From Eledone cirrhosa (lineage: Eukaryota), in the NCBI GenBank assembly GCA_964016885.1, contig OZ024742.1, positions 27,218,001 to 27,282,000 on the forward strand: 64,000 nt of DNA. Direction: 5' to 3'. The notes under the pieces are model-generated. The model ran no database searches, had not been told where the DNA came from, and saw only the letters and a list, made by a program, of their open reading frames with translations. A program made the translations under genes and the position numbers. This document shows, piece by piece, positions 57,007-64,000 of the stretch; the first letter of the stretch is position 1, and each line of letters begins with the position of its first letter.

Positions 57007-57064
57007 ATACTATGATCATTTCAATGACAGGGTTCCGCATGAATCCGGTGATATCATCAGGTAT
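57007..57064 (-). ncRNA. Type I hammerhead ribozyme
   Basis: Reverse complement: atac-CTGATGA-tatcaccggattcatgcggaaccctgtcatt-GAAA-tgatc-ATA-gtat. Confidence 0.7.
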
Positions 57065-57100
57065 TCGAAATATCTGTTATATTCCTTTGTTATATTTCGA

Positions 57101-57158
57101 ATACCTGATGATATCACCGGATTCATACGGAACCCGGTCATTGAAATGATCATAGTAT
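57101..57158 (+). ncRNA. Type I hammerhead ribozyme
   Basis: atac-CTGATGA-...-GAAA-t-GATC-A-TA-gtat. Confidence 0.8.
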
Positions 57159-57485
57159 AATAAACCTTTCAAGGATTTACACAAGTCCAGCTTCCTGTTA
57201 TTTTATTATAATAATTAATTCCGTACTCGCACCACCAACTACACAAACGAAGACGGGTGAGCTGCATTACGTTGAGTACTCTCCATAATATTACATCGAG
57301 ATTGACCATACAGAATGACCAATTCTGTCCAGTGGTGAACCAACGAACCTAAATATATATATATATATATATATAACTGTGTGTGTGTGTGTGTGTGTAA
57401 ACGGTAAACAGAAATAACAACACAATCGGTACAGTATATGGAAGGGATATATTAGGTTAACGCTTGATATAGCAGGAAGAGGGTA

Positions 57486-57517
57486 TTAACGTTTCGGACG
57501 CCAGTCCTTCATCAGAA
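57486..57517 (-). ncRNA. Minimal hammerhead motif with a loopless palindromic stem III
   Basis: Reverse complement: tt-CTGATGA-a-ggac tggc gtcc-GAAACGTT-aa; stem I is short. Confidence 0.6.
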
Positions 57518-57648
57518 AAATGAATGAAAAATAAGAAAGAGTGAGAGGATGAGCAGGATGGAATTGGAAAAAATGTCATTAGATAAAAATAACAGATCCA
57601 TTCATGTTGACATCTCTTGCAAATATATATATATATATGGGCTTGTAT

Positions 57649-57902
57649 CAGTGGCTCCCAATTTTTTCGCCACCATTTTTGTTTAAATTAATTTATCCAT
57701 GGATATCTCTGCTACTATTACTAGGGTGAGAATAACAATCAAGAGAAAAAAATATTTACACTTTCAGAAGAAAGTATATTCAATGATGTGTGCATGTATG
57801 TTGCAAATGAAGTACTTGAAATGTTGAACATATCTCACAAACCCCCAGCATTACGTTTGCGAAAACCCACGGGCCCACGACGGCCATGTTGGAAACGGCA
57901 TT
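57649..57902. mobile_element. hAT/Charlie-like MITE, degenerate
   Basis: Begins cagtggctcccaa and ends gttggaaacggcat, resembling cagtggttcccaa / ttgggaaccactg TIRs. Confidence 0.5.
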
Positions 57903-58323
57903 CATCTATATATAATACGGCTTCATACATAGATTCGAGAAAAATTCTTCATACCCCATTACAAACTTCAAAGGCTGCCGAATAAAAAACCGAAATCACC
58001 TGACATCGCGTTTAGATGTTTTCCTTCTCTCTTCCTTTCTCTTTCTCTCTCACCCTATATATATATATATATATAAGCATGTGTGTGTGTGTTTCTGTAT
58101 GTCTATGTATCTATATATATATATATGAATATATATATATGTGAATATATGTATACATATGTGTATATATATGTATCTGTGTATATATATAAATATATAT
58201 ATGCATATATATATGTATATATATGTATATATATATGTGTATATATATTTATATATATATATGTATATATATATGGATATATATATATATGTATATATAT
58301 CTATGTATATATATATATCTATG

Positions 58324-58434
<111 letters not shown>

Positions 58435-58455
58435 GTGTGTATATATATGTATATA

Positions 58456-58568
<113 letters not shown>

Positions 58569-58664
58569 ACAAAGATCGGAATTAAGAGTATTCCGCAGTT
58601 CACAGCAATAATAATAATAATATTAGCTCAAAGGAGAATAGAGGATTTTCTTCTGAGCTCAAAT

Positions 58665-58802
58665 GCAAATATATTACACAAAGAAAAGTGTGTTACACAG
58701 TGAGATGTGTGAAAAGAATTATTACAAGTGAGTTTTACCGTTACTGTATAATTATTTACACACATCTCACTGTGTAACACACTTCTCTTTGTGTAATATA
58801 TT

Positions 58803-58806
<4 letters not shown>
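58665..58806. repeat. Fold-back with ~47-bp arms, embedded in the long TA field at 58036-59300
   Basis: caaatatattacacaaaga..cagtgagatgtgtg and its reverse complement. Confidence 0.75.
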
Positions 58807-58890
<84 letters not shown>

Positions 58891-58941
58891 TACATATATA
58901 TATACATATATACATATATATACATATATACATATATATAT

Positions 58942-58984
<43 letters not shown>

Positions 58985-59014
58985 TGCATATATATTAATA
59001 CATATATGCATATT

Positions 59015-59070
<56 letters not shown>

Positions 59071-59114
59071 AATATGCATATATGTATTAATATATATGCA
59101 TATATATTAATACA

Positions 59115-59158
<44 letters not shown>

Positions 59159-59958
59159 AATATATTACATATATATATATATATATTTGTATATATTTGA
59201 TTATATATAATGTCTGTACAAATACACAAACACAGACACACATATATATATATTTGTATATATATATATATATATATGTATGTAAGTATGTATGTATGTT
59301 TGTATACTTTCGTGTTAAACATAAAATACGATACACCGGTCAACAATGATTGTTCTCAATACATTTAAAATGTTTATCCGATAGATGCCTATATATTTAT
59401 GAGTATGCATATGTATGTGTGGGTTTATGCGCGTGTATATGTGTGTTTGTGTATGCATATGTATATTATCATTTATGAAATATGCAAATACTTTTAGCGT
59501 GTTTTCCCGGATACGTCATATATCTCATCCAAATCATAGCCTTAGGAAACGATCATATGTGATATATTATGCTGTATATAATAACCAATTTACCGACATA
59601 AATATGTAAGAAGCAGTCTAGATTTGGTGGTTCTGTATTTCGTGTCATCATTCTCGATATTACATACGTTAGAACACTTCACACGATTTACTTCTCTCAT
59701 ATAATCAAGCTGTGGCAAGCCGCTGTACCTATTGCATGCAGAATTTTATGTAAAATATAATGTTTTATATCCGTGCATGATGCATGAACATGAATATATA
59801 TATATATATATATGGATACACACGCTCATAAGCGCACATATATAAATATATATATGTGTGTGTGTGTGTGTCTGTGTATACATACATTATATATATATAT
59901 ATAGACACACATATATATGTATTTATATATGTATACATATACATATATATATATGTAC

Positions 59959-60001
<43 letters not shown>

Positions 60002-60011
60002 TATATATATG

Positions 60012-60095
<84 letters not shown>

Positions 60096-60129
60096 GTATG
60101 TATGTATGTATATTATATGCATGTATGTA

Positions 60130-60172
<43 letters not shown>

Positions 60173-60265
60173 ATGTATGTATGCAAGCATGTATGTATGT
60201 ATGTATATATATATATATATATGTATGTATATATGCATTCATGTATGTATGTATATATATATATG

Positions 60266-60305
<40 letters not shown>

Positions 60306-61178
60306 CATGTATATATATATATATATATATATATAAATACATATATATATATATATGTATGCATGTATATATATTTATATATATATATATAGAGAGAGAG
60401 AGAGAAAGAGAGAGATAGAGGGGAAGAAGGAGAGATGTATGTATATACATATATATATGTATATGTGTGTGTCTGTATATACAGCGTATCAATTCTACTT
60501 TACTTTGAAGCCAGTAATATTGCTACAGTATTATCTGTTCATGCAACGGAAGAGTTCATCTTCATCATGCCATTTTATTACTCCAAAAGATATGGAAATA
60601 CAATAAAACAAATGTATAAATGAACAAATAAATATGTAGTCATATAAATGCATAACTAAATGCATGAAAGTATTGAATCATCGTCCTTCATTTCCTTGAA
60701 AAACGGCGATAAATTCCATCATATTCAACGAAGATGTTTCTAGAAAGAAAACAGCACGCATAAACTTTATTCCCGTCGTTATGTCGCATAAAAGCAGAAT
60801 TGCAAATATTCGAACATTTTCTGTTGAAAAACGAATACATCAACAGTATACATATATTGATAATAAGTATGATATATAGTGAAATGAGGTTTAATATTGC
60901 AACCTATTTCACATCTAACACTTCTTTTTACTCCAACAGTTACGTTAGACCTAGATATAACGCTTGTCTAATCTAACGGGTTAGGAAGTTTGCCAATATG
61001 TTACAGCTTTACGAGAAGGACATAACATATCACAGGATATTTTTGTTTTTTGACCCGAAATTTATTTATGTTATACCATAGTATCAGTCATTGATATAAC
61101 CACCTATGAAATATAAAAATAGATATAATATAAATATGGTACAAGGCTAATACTCATACACACAGAAAACAATATATG

Positions 61179-61212
<34 letters not shown>

Positions 61213-61268
61213 AATGAAAGGTATAGAAATTGTTTTATATACATATATATATATATGTATTTATATAT

Positions 61269-61735
61269 CTGTGCCGGGCCAATCTTGAGTGCTACTGGTA
61301 ACATGTAACCCTGTACAACCTGTCGCATGGTCGGGTCGTCGGCGACTAAACCGGCAACCCCACCTACTTTACTTGGTGAGGAGGGTGATTTTGGACACCC
61401 TGCAGGACAAAAATCAAAACCTGACAAATGGCGGCAGAACTCATACGAGTCAATGGCCATCCGAAAGTGTGTAAATATGTATATAGACATGTACTGCGCG
61501 GTTAAACCAGTGGGAGTGAAGGACCCCTTGACTTTGTCAGGGAATTCTTCTAGGAGAAGGAAACTCAGGAAACTGGGATAACTCCGATATAAAACCTATG
61601 GCACAGTAGTTACCGATGATGTTGATCTTTTCTTCTTTCCGGGTTATAGCTACTGTCACTCAGAGAGTGGGAGTGGCTCAGTGCGCAGTCTTTCCTCACT
61701 TTAAAAAATATCTTCACGTACAGGCATTGCACGAT
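61269..61735 (+). mobile_element. Divergent subfamily of the RTE-derived non-autonomous element
   Basis: Shares gtgctactggtaacatgta..catggtcgggtcg..gcgactaaac.ggcaacccca..ttggtgaggagggtga.tttggaca.cctgcaggac with the reverse complement of 40136-40747. Confidence 0.7.
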
Positions 61736-61906
61736 AGAATTAATTAATAATTATTAATAATGGTATATCGTGCAATGGTCATACTCTATAACGAGGGGGC
61801 AGCCATCATGTATGTATTAATATATATATATATATATATATATAAAGAGAGAAAGAGTGAGAGAGAGAGGATATTGGTGTGTATATTGATACTTCATTCC
61901 TGCTCC

Positions 61907-61961
<55 letters not shown>

Positions 61962-61966
<5 letters not shown>

Positions 61967-63355
61967 GGTCACGGAAAAAGTAATAGCGCAACTAATCAGA
62001 GAGAGAATTGACCTAGATGAAATGCAGTTCGGGTTTGTGTCAGGCAAAAGTACCACAGATGCTCTTTTCATTGTACGTCAACTACAGGAGAAGTACCTAG
62101 CTAAAGGTAAACCCCTCTACTTAGCTTTTGTCGACTTGGAGAAAGCCTTCGACAGAGTCCCCCGTTCCATTATCTGGTGGGCCCTTAGAAAACTAGGTGT
62201 CGACGAATGGCTTGTGAGAGCTATACAAGCCATGTATAAAGAAACAGTCAGCAAGGTTAGAATTAACAACGAATATAGTGAAGAGTTTAGCGTAAAAGTT
62301 GGCGTCCATCAGGGCTCTGTTCTCAGCCCCCTACTATTTATTATTGCCCTTCAGGCTATAACAGAGGAGTTCAAGACCGGCTGCCCATGGGAACTCCTAT
62401 ACGCAGACGACCTGACACTCATAGCTGAATCAATGGCCGAGCTAGAGAAGAAATTCCAAACATAGAAGCACGGCCTAGAATCAAAAGGCCTTAAAATTAA
62501 CCTGGCTAAGACTAAAGTTCTAGTTTGTAGGAAAGAAAATAAGGCGGCGGTCCCTTCCGGGAAATGGCCATGCTCAGTGTGTAGGAAAGGCGTAGGTAGA
62601 AACTCCATTTTATGTCCCAAATGCAAAGTATGGGTGCATAAAAGATGTAGTGGGATCACAGGTAAGCTAACTAAGAACTTAGATTTTACATGTGGGCGGT
62701 GCTCTGGTGCAATAAGTAGCAGTGAGTGCCCACAAAATACTAACTCTTTCAATTGCGCAGAGGGCTCTATAGAAATAGTGGACAGCTTCCGTTACCTGGG
62801 TGACAAAATCAGCAGTGGGGGAGGGTGCTCCGAAAGTACAGTAGCTAGAGTCAGAACTGGATGGAAAAAGTTCAGAGAGATTATACCATTATTAGCCGCT
62901 AAAGGGTTCTCCCTAAAAATGAAAGGCAGGTTGTATGATGCCTGCATACGAACAGCAATGTTGCATGGCAGTGAGACCTGGGCATTGTGCGCAGAGGATA
63001 TACGCAGACTAGAGAGGAACGAAGCTTGCATGCTCCGCTGGATGTGTAATAGTAATATACGTGAACGGCAAAGCATAAACGAACTAAGGAAAAAATTAGA
63101 AATAAGAGGGATCGATGTTGTCTACTCGAGAGAAGGCTACGTTGGTATGGACACGTGATGCGCATGAAAGTCGATAGCTGTATAACAAAGTGCAGGGCAA
63201 TAAAGATAGACGGTAGCCACGGAATAGGCAGACCTAGAAAATCCTGGGACGAGCTGATAAACTCCGACCTCACACACTTACACCTCTCCAAGACAATGTC
63301 ACTGGACCGAGACCTTTGGCGGTACTCAGTAATAGAGAAGACCCGCCTTACCTAA
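61962..63355 (+). pseudogene. RTE reverse transcriptase with inserted PHD-type finger; one nonsense codon and one frameshift
   Basis: QFGF, FVDLEKAFD, GVHQGSVLSP, YADD; in-frame TAG at 62463-62465; CSVC..CPKC..HKRC..CGRC; frameshift near 63112. Confidence 0.9.
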
Positions 63356-63745
63356 ATACATAGTAAAACCTACTACAGCCAGTAGGCATCTCTAACAAAA
63401 TACACCCCCGTCCCACCACCCACACCCCATCCACACCACCTCCTCCTATGTAAAGTTATGTTGGTGCCACAACATCCAGGCCGAAACAAATGAGATCGTG
63501 TAGGTGTCACGACAAAAAAAACACAGTCCACGCTGTAATGTGGCCGTGTAGGCAACACGGTAAAAACCTCCCAGTCCCACACTGTAAATGTAGTTGGTGT
63601 TAGGAAGGGCATCCAACTGTAGAAAACCTGCCAGACAGTCCTATGCGAGCAAGACAATCACTCTTGCCTCAAGTGGGAATACCCCCGTCCAAACCCATGC
63701 AAGCGTGGAACACGGACGTTAAACGTTGATGATGTTGATGATGAT
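61962..63745 (+). mobile_element. 5'-truncated RTE-clade LINE with 3' UTR and (GAT)n tail
   Basis: RT motifs, RRLRWYGHVMR..GRPRKSW C-terminus, 3' UTR ttaggaagggcatcc..aacccatgc..ggacgttaaacg-(GAT)n. Confidence 0.9.
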
Positions 63746-64000
63746 ATTGAGAGTGAGAAATATATAATTATATTTTGGGGATTTCATCGTAAAGAGAATA
63801 TGAAATATATATAAAGGTCCGTAGGATATGACCATATATGTAAAGATTCGGATTTATAACAATATAATGACGTTAAGATATGTGAGTATATATATAAAAT
63901 CGTTGTTATGACTGAATATGAAATGTAAACAAATATATTTTCAATATACATCGAGAAATGCCTTCTCTCGGCACGAGTCTTTCAGAGTGCTCAATAAAGT

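Larger units (their letters stand above)
56953..57352 (+). mobile_element. Fold-back element with an HHR on each strand and a ~140-bp tail
   Basis: Inverted arms at about 56955-57073 and 57092-57210; the right arm matches 30405-30525. Confidence 0.85.

Overview
AT-rich eukaryotic non-genic DNA, most likely from an octopod cephalopod (inferred from the tRNA-derived SINE types, RTE LINE and huge (TA)n/(CA)n load). I found no host protein-coding gene, and most listed ORFs are microsatellite artefacts. The window is a mosaic of (TA)n tracts carrying insertions: five Penelope-like element (PLE) ORF fragments (two Hydra-like, one Neptune-like, two copies of a further CCHH GIY-YIG family), an RTE LINE with an inserted PHD finger, two L1/Tx1-like 3' ends, a CR1-like RT remnant, many SINEs and several MITEs. 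The most striking feature is about 25 hand-folded minimal type I hammerhead ribozyme (HHR) motifs from roughly ten sequence families. Many sit in short non-coding fold-back (palindromic) elements that carry an HHR on each strand and have a family-specific fixed short-arm end plus a one-sided tail. An RTE-derived non-autonomous element also carries a candidate HDV-like 5' structure. All folds and alignments were done by eye, so boundaries may be off by a few bases.
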